64,000 nucleotides of DNA from a virus, in the IMG/VR virus record IMGVR_UViG_3300032213_003587, positions 1-64,000 of that record. The stretch is one strand, 5' to 3'. The position numbers were made by a program, and so were the translations under genes. Below the pieces are notes generated by a model. The model searched no databases and had not been told where the DNA came from. It saw only the letters and a list, made by a program, of their open reading frames with translations. The stretch's first letter is position 1, and every line of letters begins with the position of its first letter. Below are positions 1 to 9,927 of this stretch, piece by piece.

Positions 1-446
1 AGATAAAAATCATCCTGTACTTCGTTAATACCGTCTTTGCCTTCTTTCAACGATCCCATTCCACGAGAACTAACACCGAGCTGCGCGCCTTCGTCGATCA
101 AACTCTTGACAATTCTGCCCATGGGTGTTTCGGTCATTACCTTGGCACGACCGATATAGTTATTGCCATCTTCCTTCAAGCTAGTGATCATGATGGCTAC
201 GCGATCTAAATTAATACCAGGACCTTCTGGATGTCCTAGTTCACCGAATGCACGTTTGGTATCTACAAACTCTTTGATATAGCGATTTACTTCTCGCTGC
301 ATGGTTTCTTTGCGATACATGCGGTTGTTCTTGTTGGCAATTTCAGTCTGAAGGAAGGGTCCTTCGATGAAATAGGCCTTGCCGCCTTCTTCCTTCTTTT
401 CAGTAAGGTAGCGGACTTCTTGTACTTGTTCTGTAATGAGTTTCAT
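1..446 (-). CDS. gp21: Prohead core protease (T4 gp21-like), runs off the window edge
   Basis: Not in the ORF track. Manual translation from ATG at 446: MKLITEQVQEVRYLTE...FIEGPFLQTEIANKNNRMY...AFGELGHPEGP...LDRV...GVSSRGMGSL. The GELGHP and GVSSRG motifs are typical of gp21, and it lies downstream of portal/core genes. Confidence 0.93.
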   Translation of the reverse strand, partial: MKLITEQVQEVRYLTEKKEEGGKAYFIEGPFLQTEIANKNNRMYRKETMQREVNRYIKEFVDTKRAFGELGHPEGPGINLDRVAIMITSLKEDGNNYIGRAKVMTETPMGRIVKSLIDEGAQLGVSSRGMGSLKEGKDGINEVQDDFY

Positions 447-449
447 GGA

Positions 450-827
450 TTATACTCCAACGTTGGTGTTAGGTTCAATAAACCCAGCAACCTTGCGCAG
501 GTCTAAAATCATCATGCCCGGCGCATTGAATGTTACCACCAGACTTGAGCCATTGGCTGTGCTTAATCCAATGCCGCTGAAATCAATTTCTTCGTTGCCA
601 GCCATCAACAATACGCTGGTTGAGCCGCGTGCTACTGTGGCAGTACCAGTGGACGAAAACTTGACATATTGAATGTCGGCACGACGAGTAATTGATGTCG
701 AGCTTGTTTCTTCGCTACGAGCCAGTTCATCCATGGCGATTGTTGCGGAATCTGCAGCCGCGGTGGCAATTAGCTGCACTACATGCTGCATGCGGTGATT
801 TTTAATTATTGTTCTTGTTACGGCCAT
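450..827 (-). CDS. Hypothetical protein in the prohead-core (gp68) position
   Basis: 125-aa ORF with a GGAG RBS, in line with the head operon between the gp67-like gene and gp21. Confidence 0.6.
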   Translation of the reverse strand: MAVTRTIIKNHRMQHVVQLIATAAADSATIAMDELARSEETSSTSITRRADIQYVKFSSTGTATVARGSTSVLLMAGNEEIDFSGIGLSTANGSSLVVTFNAPGMMILDLRKVAGFIEPNTNVGV

Positions 828-829
828 GT

Positions 830-1009
830 TTAGATCTCCGTATCTTCGGATTCTTGAGCTCCGAAATTCTGTGCTATAACCTGCTTGCGTTGATCAAGCA
901 GATCGTTGATTCGTGCCGACATTAAGTTGTCGAAATTTTCCTGTGCTGCCGCTGCATTGTCGGATTCAATGTTGTCCAACATCTGGCGAATTAATTGACT
1001 ATGATCCAT
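830..1009 (-). CDS. Small acidic prohead core protein (gp67-like)
   Basis: Below the ORF-track cutoff. MDHSQLIRQMLDNIESDNAAAAQENFDNLMSARINDLLDQRKQVIAQNFGAQESEDTEI* (59 aa), AGGAG RBS, directly after the portal as gp67 is in T4. Confidence 0.7.
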   Translation of the reverse strand: MDHSQLIRQMLDNIESDNAAAAQENFDNLMSARINDLLDQRKQVIAQNFGAQESEDTEI

Positions 1010-1010
1010 G

Positions 1011-2639
1011 TCATGCTCCTTTCAAAATTCTTACATTATTTATGGTGCTGGTTTCAACAACCGGATTGTCGGGATTATAGGGTGCGGGCTGATCTCCGCT
1101 GGGCTGCTGATCCTGTGGTTGTCCATCTGGACCCTGACCCTGCTGTGCCGCCAACTGCTGCTGCAGCTCGGTGTCGGCCTTGATCTGTTCCTGCATTTCA
1201 TCCCATTCTTCTTCGGTTAGATGCAGAATGCGATCATACACATATTCGCGACTGAAGTAAGTACCAACAAAAGGATTGATTTGGTTGAGCAGGTCAATGC
1301 GGTTGCGCTGTATTTCCGCTTCCTTGGCTTCGGCAAAGTATACATCCTGAGTAAACTCATAGTAGATGTCTTCTTTGATCTTTTTCCAGTCGTCTTCGCT
1401 CATGATGTTCTTGAGCAAGAGCTGAGTCTTTAGCAGATCGTCGAACAGTTCGGTAAACTTGCGACGTACTCGGCTAATAAATTTGCTGAACTTTAATTCG
1501 TCTCTGGTGATTTCGCTTTGACGACCAAAGCCCATGGTATTGTCGGGCTTCATGCGACTTGCCGGAACATTGAGAGCCTGATATAACTTGTTCTGAAAGT
1601 ATTCAATGTCTTCGATGTTGCCGAGATTTTGACCGCCATCCAGGGTGGTGATTTCCGTGCCCTTGCCGCCTTCGCGACGCGGCATCCAGAAATCTTCCAG
1701 CATGTTCAAGGTCTTCTTTTCGTCCCGCATCTCGCCGGTGGTGGCATCATAGGTTACTTTGTTGCGATAACGATCCATGATGTTCTTAACATACTGTTCG
1801 GCTTTACCGGTAGGTAGGTTACCAACGTCGATGTAGAAAATTCTGCGTTCCGGAGCTCGGCTCATGCGGTAAATTACCAGAGCGTCTTCGGTCATGCGCA
1901 GTTGATTTACAATTTTAATGGCCTTGTGCAGGTGACTTAGCACCATGTTGCGATCCAGATCCAGCAGACCCGATGTGCAATAGGCTATGCTGTCCGGTGA
2001 AATTCTAATGCCCTGAGCTGCTGTTGCCGTACTAGGCACAGTAGCCATCAGTCCTTTTTCGTTGTATACAAAGAACTCTTCGATGTTTACAATGAATTCC
2101 ACACCGGTGTTGATGTCTTTTTTCTTGTTGACCTTGCGCACCTTTTTAATTTTGCGAGGGTCGATGTAGCGCAGTTCTTGAATGCCTTTTTTAGGCTGGT
2201 TGACATCCACAATCTTGTGATAGTAGGTACGTCCATCGATGTACCAGCGTTTGAAGATGTCGTGACTCTTGCTGTTGAAATCCAAGAGTTTTAGAATATT
2301 GTCAAATTCTTCTTCGATCTGTTTCTTGATGTTCTTGCTGAGTTCGACTTTGTCTAGATCTAGCTTAACAATGGCTTCGTCGTCAGCGGCAGCCACGGCT
2401 TCGTTGACAATGTCTTCGATGGCGCTGTCGCAGTCTGGATAGCTGGCCACATCACGATAACGACTGATTAGATCGTTCTCTGATTTGGCTACTGTGTCAA
2501 TATCTAAGTAGGTGCCGAAGAAACCACTAGCGTTGATGCTAGTGGCTCCGTCGTCATTTTGTGGTGGAATAAAGCTCTGTTTCTTTTCTTCAGGCTTTTT
2601 CTTTGTCAGTGTATATCCAAATAATGAAAGGTCGGCCAT
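1011..2639 (-). CDS. gp20: Portal vertex protein
   Basis: Motifs WYIDGR, YIDPRKI, EDALVIYRMSRAPERRIFYIDVGNLP, EDFWMPRREGGKGTEITTL. Confidence 0.97.
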   Translation of the reverse strand: MADLSLFGYTLTKKKPEEKKQSFIPPQNDDGATSINASGFFGTYLDIDTVAKSENDLISRYRDVASYPDCDSAIEDIVNEAVAAADDEAIVKLDLDKVELSKNIKKQIEEEFDNILKLLDFNSKSHDIFKRWYIDGRTYYHKIVDVNQPKKGIQELRYIDPRKIKKVRKVNKKKDINTGVEFIVNIEEFFVYNEKGLMATVPSTATAAQGIRISPDSIAYCTSGLLDLDRNMVLSHLHKAIKIVNQLRMTEDALVIYRMSRAPERRIFYIDVGNLPTGKAEQYVKNIMDRYRNKVTYDATTGEMRDEKKTLNMLEDFWMPRREGGKGTEITTLDGGQNLGNIEDIEYFQNKLYQALNVPASRMKPDNTMGFGRQSEITRDELKFSKFISRVRRKFTELFDDLLKTQLLLKNIMSEDDWKKIKEDIYYEFTQDVYFAEAKEAEIQRNRIDLLNQINPFVGTYFSREYVYDRILHLTEEEWDEMQEQIKADTELQQQLAAQQGQGPDGQPQDQQPSGDQPAPYNPDNPVVETSTINNVRILKGA

Positions 2640-2656
2640 ATTTTCTCAATAATTAA

Positions 2657-3226
2657 TTAACCGCCAAGTAAAGCGGTAGCAAGATTGCTATTAAACTCAG
2701 TAATGTAATGCTGATACTGGAAGGTACAGGTAAAGGTTTCTACCGTATCGTTGTCACCGAAGTTTAAAGCGATTTCGCTGATGTCGGTGGGAAATGCACC
2801 AACCAACAGATAGGTTTTCAACACTTCGCCGTTACGACCCAATTGATATACGCTGAGGTCGGTCTGATACTGATAATGGCTGGTTGTACCTTGATTGTCC
2901 GACAAGCCATTCATGGAATTCATCCAGCGTTCTAGATTGTTGCGAATGGTGAAGGTAACATCGTTCAACACCGTGATTGTCCAAGGAGCAAATACTCGCT
3001 CACCGGCAAATTTTACTTCTCGACCACGATATGGTACAATGGTTGGGTTTACTGTGCTGCCCGGTAGTGCGGCTGCTGTGACCAGGAATTCTGCGCGAGG
3101 GCCTTGAAAGGCCTCCGCACCTGGATTAGCAGAGGATGGATAATTTAATTGCACTCTAAATTGGTTGGCGCGAGCACCGCCACCAACCAGAGCAGATTTA
3201 AATCCATCGATATTAAAGAATGACAT
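2657..3226 (-). CDS. gp19: Tail tube protein
   Basis: GGGARANQFRV, YRGREVKFAGERVFAPWTITVLND, GAFPTDISEI; adjacent to the sheath gene. Confidence 0.95.
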   Translation of the reverse strand: MSFFNIDGFKSALVGGGARANQFRVQLNYPSSANPGAEAFQGPRAEFLVTAAALPGSTVNPTIVPYRGREVKFAGERVFAPWTITVLNDVTFTIRNNLERWMNSMNGLSDNQGTTSHYQYQTDLSVYQLGRNGEVLKTYLLVGAFPTDISEIALNFGDNDTVETFTCTFQYQHYITEFNSNLATALLGG

Positions 3227-3264
3227 GAAAATCTCCTGTTAAAAAATGTGTTGTCCGTTATCTA

Positions 3265-5190
3265 TTAAGCGCCAATTTCTTCGAAACTAATGCCGGAACG
3301 GGTCGCCACAAAATTCAGGGTAATAAAGTTGATGCTTCGAGCCGGTTTGATATAAATGTCGGCTACAAAATCATTGCGATCAATGACCTCTGCGGTATTA
3401 TTGGTGTCATCGCAGACTACACGGAAGTCGATGATACCACGACGTCCTTGTACATCTCTGAGGAACGGTTCAACCAATGCACGGAACTGGCTGCGAGTAA
3501 AGTCATCGTTAAACTCAAACAGCTGGAATTTTGCTGCGGTTGCAATGGTCTTTTCTAGCACAATGAACAGACGACGTACATTGATGCGATCAAACGCGCT
3601 AGGCTTCTGTGTGCAGGTCTTGTCGCCAAACAACAGGGTACCTAGACCAGGTTGAGTAACTACTGGGTTGATCTGATTGCGATACAAAAGATCGCGAGCT
3701 GCTTTACCAGGAGTCCAGTTCAACTTTACCACATTCTTGATCTGACCGCGGCTATAACCACCGGGACTGAACCAGGCTTCGGCAATTTGATCGGTACGTG
3801 CACACAAACCAGCGATGTCACCGGCCAATGGCAACCAACGATATAGATCGTTGTAGCGATCGTACTGATATTTCCAGGCGCTGTCTACCACAGCATAGGT
3901 TGAGTCTTTGTTAAAATATGTATTCTTGTCGTTGACCATGGCAGTGGCATCAACAATGTTCTGTGATGTTGGGCTGACAAACACTACGCAGTCGCGACGT
4001 GATTCCGCAACATTGTCCAGGACATAGCGAGCAGTTGCGTTATCAGCTGCCACACCAATTACCGGAATCAAACTGACGTCATAGAGTTCGGCGTTGGCTA
4101 ATTTCAGGTATTCGATCTGCATCAGTCCGTCGGTCGGAGTAACATCTACACCACCGCTCATGCTGCGAGTTTGTACACTGGCCATGGTTGTATAACCGGT
4201 GCTGGCTGACGGTGTTACTGAACCCCAGCTTACACGAGCTGTGCCAAGAATTGCGCCGGCAACATGACTGCCGAAACGAATCCATTTACTGCGGGTATTG
4301 ATTACGTTGGCATAATAGTTACCGCCACCGTCGGTTGAAACTGCGTCGCTGGCCTTGCTTACGCCCAGCCATTTTTCTAGGATTGTGCCAGCGGTACCGG
4401 TGATGCCACCGTCTTCGTCGGCGATAACAATGTGCAGTTCGTCATAGATTGTTGCATTTGAGCTAGCGCTGTTTTTATTCAAAACATAGCGGCTGTTGCT
4501 AGGACGGCTTTCAACCTGATCCCAGTATTCCCAGAGCAGGGTAGCTGCTGCACTGCCTGCCACTGATGTACTGGCGCCGGTGTTATTGGTAAATGCAACC
4601 GCTGTTGCTCCACTGGCTGCGTCTGCGGTAGTTTGGAAACGATAGGTAACGCCGCTGATTATAAACTCAATCCAGCTACCCTTGGGTACCGGACGAGATA
4701 GAGCCGGGAATGTGGCACCGGTCGCAGTAATTGAACTAACATCAGTGACAAATGAATAGCTGTTGTAGTCGCAGACGCTGACCTTGAGGTTGTTGCCGAT
4801 GGTACCAGGATGGCGAGCTACATATTCTGTGCCGGTCAATGTTGGTGCTGTGTAGCCTAGGCTGCCGTCGTAGTTGTCATCGTTTCTCACCAGTACTGCG
4901 GTGCCAGCTGCCACTGAGTTACGAGCCGCAGCATCGGCAATACGGTTAACCTGAAGGTTGTTACCGTAGGCCAGGAAGTTGGCAGCGGTGTACCAGTATT
5001 TGAAATTGCTGTCGTTTGGACGACCGAATGTATTAAATAGAGCTTGTTCACTGTCAACTAGAGTGTACTGTTCGCAAGGACCCCAAGCAAAGCTGCCAAC
5101 GAAGGCGCCCGCTGTATTTGCAATCTGCGGTATGAACAAGCTAACGTCGCGCTCTTGAACTAGAACGCCAGGCGAAACTTGGAATGCCAT
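3265..5190 (-). CDS. gp18: Tail sheath protein
   Basis: MAFQVSPGVLVQERD N-terminus, FAWGP, WFSPGG, FDRINVRRLF, FEFNDDFTR, IYIKPARSINFITLNFVATRSG. Confidence 0.97.
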   Translation of the reverse strand: MAFQVSPGVLVQERDVSLFIPQIANTAGAFVGSFAWGPCEQYTLVDSEQALFNTFGRPNDSNFKYWYTAANFLAYGNNLQVNRIADAAARNSVAAGTAVLVRNDDNYDGSLGYTAPTLTGTEYVARHPGTIGNNLKVSVCDYNSYSFVTDVSSITATGATFPALSRPVPKGSWIEFIISGVTYRFQTTADAASGATAVAFTNNTGASTSVAGSAAATLLWEYWDQVESRPSNSRYVLNKNSASSNATIYDELHIVIADEDGGITGTAGTILEKWLGVSKASDAVSTDGGGNYYANVINTRSKWIRFGSHVAGAILGTARVSWGSVTPSASTGYTTMASVQTRSMSGGVDVTPTDGLMQIEYLKLANAELYDVSLIPVIGVAADNATARYVLDNVAESRRDCVVFVSPTSQNIVDATAMVNDKNTYFNKDSTYAVVDSAWKYQYDRYNDLYRWLPLAGDIAGLCARTDQIAEAWFSPGGYSRGQIKNVVKLNWTPGKAARDLLYRNQINPVVTQPGLGTLLFGDKTCTQKPSAFDRINVRRLFIVLEKTIATAAKFQLFEFNDDFTRSQFRALVEPFLRDVQGRRGIIDFRVVCDDTNNTAEVIDRNDFVADIYIKPARSINFITLNFVATRSGISFEEIGA

Positions 5191-5247
5191 TTTATTCTCC
5201 TTATCTTAGACCATCAAGATTAACCAGGTATTAATCGATTATCCGCT

Positions 5248-5255
5248 TATTTATA
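5248..5255 (-). promoter_or_regulatory. T4-type late (gp55) promoter TATAAATA
   Basis: Exact TATAAATA on the minus strand in the gp17-gp18 intergenic region. Confidence 0.8.
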
Positions 5256-5266
5256 AAATACCTGAT

Positions 5267-6955
5267 TTAGAGCCAGTTCTGCGCTCGTTTCTCCACAGTC
5301 CATAAATCTCCGGCTTCGTAGATGTATTTGGGTTCGTCATCACCGCTGCCGTCGTCGATGAAGCCGAATGGTGTTAATTCTGATTCGATTTGACGAATTT
5401 GATTCTCAAACAAGCTGGTGCGAATATTGATGTCGGTTAAATCACGGAAGTAGGCATTGGTGGTCAACCAGCTGAACAGCACCAGAGTCATCACCAGATC
5501 GTCGTGATATCCTTCGTCGGCTGCATAGCTGTCCTTGCTTTCGATGAAGGTGGCAAACTCGGAAATGATGTCCTTGTCCATGGCCAGCAGACGACCGCTT
5601 TCAATCAGAGTTTTTAGCATGCTGCAGCCGATGCGTTTGACCTTTTTATCGGTGCGCACACCGTTCTGTGTCTGTCCGTGACGACCAAAGCCGCCGCCTA
5701 CAATCTGTCCAACCTGAGTATCGCGGGTAACGAATAAAAGATTTTCATATTCCAATTCGTTGTACATGATGTCTGCTACCTGCTGACCGTTGTCGTTGAT
5801 TTCAATCAATACAAAGGCATTGTTGTAGTTCTTGGCCACGGTATGAATGAAGCTCGGATATAGTACGGGCGCAACCTTGTTGTTGCGATATTTGGCCACT
5901 ACTCGATACGGACTGTTGGTGATGTCAATCACAGTAAATGCGTGATAGTCGCCGCCTAATCCTCGACTTGTGTCGGCGCAGATCACATAGACATTGTCGG
6001 GACGTATGATTTTGCCGGCCTGATCTTTTTCACCCCTCACAGGTTCTTCTATGACATCTAAACTGTCCTTGCTGTACACATAGCTCAGGGGCGACATCTT
6101 GCCCAGAGTTTCTGCATCAATTAAAGTATAGCTGGAACCCAGGAAGTTGCAGAGCACCTCCTGCGTAAATTTAACGTCGCCTAGCACTGCCCGCTGTTCT
6201 GCCGCCCATTTTTCATCTCTACCTGGTATTTCGGTATAGTGAATAAACAGATTCACAAAGTCGTTGATACCCTGTTCGGCATCGTTCCAGAATTTCCAGA
6301 AGTGATTGTAGCCCAGGGGAGTGCTGCTCATCAGCACCTTGGTGGTTTCACCGGCCATGATAGTCGGATAGGTCGCTGTGAAAAACTCTTCGGCGATGTT
6401 ATTGGGTATGATGGCAGCTTCGTCGATATACAGCCAGTTTACGGACTTACCACGAATACCCGACGCCGCGGTAGCTGCGGTAAATACCTTTGACCCATTC
6501 TCTAATTCAATGCTGCCCTTGTTCCATTCTTTTACACCCTGCTGCATCCACAAGGGCAGATTCTCATACATGCCCTGATAACGACTTAAAACTTCGCGAG
6601 CCGCTGCTGCCTTGTTGGCAAGTATGGCTACTGTTTTATTGTCTTGAAATAGGGTGTACCAGAGTATGCAGGCAGCCGAGGTTATGGTTTTGCCCTGCTG
6701 TCGACCTTCCATCAAAATAACTTTACGGTTATTCAGGATGGTCATTACCTTGTTTTTCTGGCAGGGATAGAGTTTGAAGGGAACTAGACCATGATCCAGG
6801 CTAACAATCTTGCAGTAGTTTTCTATGAAGTAGATGGAATCGTCGAAACACCGGGCAAGTTCTTCGATCTGCCAGGCTTCGTAGCTGATGCTAAAACCGA
6901 TCTGCTTTAATCGGCTGTTGCCATTGTAACTAGGTCGGTTGGGACGGAGTTGCAT
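5267..6955 (-). CDS. gp17: Terminase large subunit
   Basis: Walker A RQQGKT, Walker B YIDEAA, SSTPLG coupling motif, nuclease ADTSRG and HDDLVM; no intein apparent. Confidence 0.97.
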   Translation of the reverse strand: MQLRPNRPSYNGNSRLKQIGFSISYEAWQIEELARCFDDSIYFIENYCKIVSLDHGLVPFKLYPCQKNKVMTILNNRKVILMEGRQQGKTITSAACILWYTLFQDNKTVAILANKAAAAREVLSRYQGMYENLPLWMQQGVKEWNKGSIELENGSKVFTAATAASGIRGKSVNWLYIDEAAIIPNNIAEEFFTATYPTIMAGETTKVLMSSTPLGYNHFWKFWNDAEQGINDFVNLFIHYTEIPGRDEKWAAEQRAVLGDVKFTQEVLCNFLGSSYTLIDAETLGKMSPLSYVYSKDSLDVIEEPVRGEKDQAGKIIRPDNVYVICADTSRGLGGDYHAFTVIDITNSPYRVVAKYRNNKVAPVLYPSFIHTVAKNYNNAFVLIEINDNGQQVADIMYNELEYENLLFVTRDTQVGQIVGGGFGRHGQTQNGVRTDKKVKRIGCSMLKTLIESGRLLAMDKDIISEFATFIESKDSYAADEGYHDDLVMTLVLFSWLTTNAYFRDLTDINIRTSLFENQIRQIESELTPFGFIDDGSGDDEPKYIYEAGDLWTVEKRAQNWL

Positions 6956-7379
6956 CGATCACATTCTCTGGCTTGTTGCGCAGAGCTTTAATTAAGTCAG
7001 TGGTTGATCCGGCAAACACTATGTTGTTCTGAGTACCAATGGCCTGCTGTGGTCGCTCTTCCGGACCTTGAATATCTTTTTTAGCCTTCTGCAGGGCCAG
7101 CAGATCCTTGGCAGTCTCTGCCACTGTTTTGATAAGCTGCCCAGTAACTTCATAGGCTCGAGGATGGTCGCTTTGTCGAGCCACATCCATCATGCCATCC
7201 AGAGCCTGTTCGCCTTTGCTGATTAAATTTTTTAAAGTTTGACGAGCCTGATCAAAATCATCTTCCACTGTCACTGTAACCACAGGTGCCTCTGGTACCG
7301 GCGTTACTGCAGTACCAAAGGCCTGATCCAGGGCAGCAAATGTATGCTTATCTTGCAAGTTCAAATCCTTCGCAGACAT
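6930..7379 (-). CDS. gp16: Terminase small subunit
   Basis: DDFDQARQTL, SDHPRAYEVTGQLIK, NNIVFAGSTTDL; overlaps the gp17 start. Confidence 0.9.
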   Translation of the reverse strand: MSAKDLNLQDKHTFAALDQAFGTAVTPVPEAPVVTVTVEDDFDQARQTLKNLISKGEQALDGMMDVARQSDHPRAYEVTGQLIKTVAETAKDLLALQKAKKDIQGPEERPQQAIGTQNNIVFAGSTTDLIKALRNKPENVIDATPSQPT

Positions 7380-9159
7380 AGTGCAGGCTGTTGCTTGTAA
7401 GTCGGCTATTGACTGTGCTTACAAATATCTGACGGATACGAGCTCCGCTGGTTGTGCTAATAGAAGCTAGCTGTGAGTCTGCGATATAGGCATTGTCCGG
7501 CATCATTGGTACAGTTACTGTATGATAGTTCAAAGAGCCGGTGAGCATGGAACGCACTGACTGCAGAGTTGGGCTTCGAGCCGCTGCCGTACTACTGCTA
7601 AAATAAGCCTCGCCAAAGAAATACATCACCGGCAGACTGGCCGTTGGATTGTGTACGATATTAAGTCGGGCATTCACACCTTGAATTGGTGGAATCTGCG
7701 TAATAATAGCACTGGTAAATTCGTTGTAGTTAACCAGGGTGGTGGAGCTACCAATGATATACAGGCTGGTTGACGTAGTAATCAGGCCGGATGTATTAAA
7801 ACCTCCGCTGACTGTGGTCAACAATCTGGTATCAGCAGCAATAGCCACGCCGCTAATACCTGCACTGGTTACAGCGCTCATCAATGCCGTACCATTGGGA
7901 ATCAACCAATTCTGACGAATTACGTTACCGCCGACTCGCTGTGTATTGAATCGCAGTAAAGCACCGGTGGTGATAGGATCGGTGTACACCGCGCCGATGC
8001 GACGCACAATTTGAATACTGCTGGTTGCTGCTGCGGTAAACACCAGACTGCTTACTGTGTTGATTTCTCGAGCCGAACTCACCACAAAGTCAGTGGAGCC
8101 GGAAATAGCATTGCCCAACAGGTAAATATAATACCAGGTGCTAAGACGAGGTGTGGGTACATTGTCAATAATGGCCGGACCGCCCGCAGTAATGTTCCAG
8201 CCCGTAGTCCAGGTTCTGGTCATGGGCGATGCGGTACTAACAAAACTCAGTACACTGGTTTCGCTGATGCGAGTAGCTCCGGTGGTGCCGAAACTAAAGT
8301 GCGCACAAGCTCCGGGCATGACACGAATGCTATTGCTGCTTTCTACGTCATAGAGGAAACCGTCGATGTATTCCGGCCAATATTCCGGATTCAAATAAAT
8401 GGTGCGATTAGCAGTTAAATCGCCACCGCCAATTAGATTGAAGCCGGCATTGACCTGCGTAGAGCTCAGAGTATATTTGCTCACATTGGCAGCAATGGCG
8501 GCCTGCACCATGCCGGTGTGCGCAATACTATTGCTGCTATCAACAATGGAACGCACTGCTGTGCCACTGACTGTAGGAGTACCTTCTAGCACAATGCCGC
8601 CGCCCGCAGTAAGCAGTAGTCGGGTATAGCTGCTCACATCTTCCAGGCTGGCTGTAAATACCTGCAGACCCTGACTGCCGCGAACTACTAGGCTGGTGGT
8701 ATAGATGCTCACACTGGTGACCTGCGCCAAGCCCAGACCAAAGTTCATTTCTCCGCGAGTTACCACGCTGTTGCTGGTGTTGCGGGATATTAGATTGAAC
8801 ATGGGGCGACTGTTGATCATGGCATAGATGCTGTCAACCTGACCAAAGAATTCGTTTTCTGCGCCAGCCAAGCCCACGCGATTGGTAATGAACAACGCAC
8901 TTACGCCGCTGCTGGCATTGGTTTTTAACGTATCGGAGCTTGCAGTAGCATAGATGCTGTTGGCGCTGTCCCAGCGCAGAATATCGCCGCGTCCTCGGCC
9001 GCCGGCATTCTGAAAATTAATCAGCAGTGTATTGCTGGTAGATTTACCGAGAGCATTGTAAAGCTCGGTAAAATTGGCATTGATTTTGACACCACCAACA
9101 TACAAGCTATCGCCGTCGTTGTTATTGGGTGTGCCTAGTAATATCGGTGAGTAAGACAT
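7348..9159 (-). CDS. Fibre/structural protein with gp9/gp10-type N-terminal anchor
   Basis: N-terminus LLGTPNNNDGDSLYVGGVKINANFTELY resembles the G..NDG.GD.L..GG.KIN.NF.ELY anchor; LIGGGDLTANRTI fibre motif; Ser/Thr-rich. Confidence 0.6.
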   Translation of the reverse strand: MSYSPILLGTPNNNDGDSLYVGGVKINANFTELYNALGKSTSNTLLINFQNAGGRGRGDILRWDSANSIYATASSDTLKTNASSGVSALFITNRVGLAGAENEFFGQVDSIYAMINSRPMFNLISRNTSNSVVTRGEMNFGLGLAQVTSVSIYTTSLVVRGSQGLQVFTASLEDVSSYTRLLLTAGGGIVLEGTPTVSGTAVRSIVDSSNSIAHTGMVQAAIAANVSKYTLSSTQVNAGFNLIGGGDLTANRTIYLNPEYWPEYIDGFLYDVESSNSIRVMPGACAHFSFGTTGATRISETSVLSFVSTASPMTRTWTTGWNITAGGPAIIDNVPTPRLSTWYYIYLLGNAISGSTDFVVSSAREINTVSSLVFTAAATSSIQIVRRIGAVYTDPITTGALLRFNTQRVGGNVIRQNWLIPNGTALMSAVTSAGISGVAIAADTRLLTTVSGGFNTSGLITTSTSLYIIGSSTTLVNYNEFTSAIITQIPPIQGVNARLNIVHNPTASLPVMYFFGEAYFSSSTAAARSPTLQSVRSMLTGSLNYHTVTVPMMPDNAYIADSQLASISTTSGARIRQIFVSTVNSRLTSNSLHYVCEGFELAR

Positions 9160-9171
9160 TTCTTAATCCTG

Positions 9172-9927
9172 TCAAAATGAGTCGTCGAATGTTTCGTTGT
9201 AGTTGAAATCATCCGCTGGCAGAGCCGTTGTTGGATCTGTGGATACCGTATATTTAGTCCATTCTCCGGCAAACTCTGGATCGTTGAATACTGTGGCAAT
9301 GGCAGTACGAATAATTTCCTGACGTTCTACTGGTCCGTAATAATATAATTTCAAGGTAAATGTATAGGTCCAGATGATCATGCGACGATTGGTCATGTCG
9401 CCTTCGTAGTCATCGTCGTAGGTAACGCTGTTGAGAATGATGGGCAGGTCGTGCTTGATGCCGAGCTCTGGAATATAATTTACCGTAACGCAGAAATCCG
9501 GATTAAATGCCGGCACAATTTGTTCAAATAACTGCAGACCATCTTCCTGATTCTTAGTATAAGCATAGAGGTTGATGGTTATATTATAGGGCGTGGGTCC
9601 GAAGATGCGATTGGCGGAAAATTCGCTGGTCACATTCTTCAGGGTATTGATGCTGTTGATTTTTCTGGCACCGTCGTATTCATAGGCTATGACTTCAAAA
9701 CTCATGCGGGGCAGCAGGGTGTTGTACTGCTGATTCTCTGGCACCGGAGTCTGTAGAATACGAGCCAGCATTTTATTTTTGGCTGCATAGGCCAGAGGCA
9801 CTCTCAGAGTCTGCGCTATGCTGCCCGCACTGTCTCGACGTCGCACAAACATGTTGTTGAACATTAGTCCAAAGGCAACAATGGCTTTTCTAGTAATTCC
9901 GTGATAAAATATTTTTCCGTCAAGCAT
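9172..9927 (-). CDS. gp15: Tail sheath stabiliser/terminator
   Basis: FYHGITRKAIVAFG..FN, VPLAYA.K.K, LPRMSFE, EQIVPAFNPDF. Confidence 0.93.
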   Translation of the reverse strand: MLDGKIFYHGITRKAIVAFGLMFNNMFVRRRDSAGSIAQTLRVPLAYAAKNKMLARILQTPVPENQQYNTLLPRMSFEVIAYEYDGARKINSINTLKNVTSEFSANRIFGPTPYNITINLYAYTKNQEDGLQLFEQIVPAFNPDFCVTVNYIPELGIKHDLPIILNSVTYDDDYEGDMTNRRMIIWTYTFTLKLYYYGPVERQEIIRTAIATVFNDPEFAGEWTKYTVSTDPTTALPADDFNYNETFDDSF

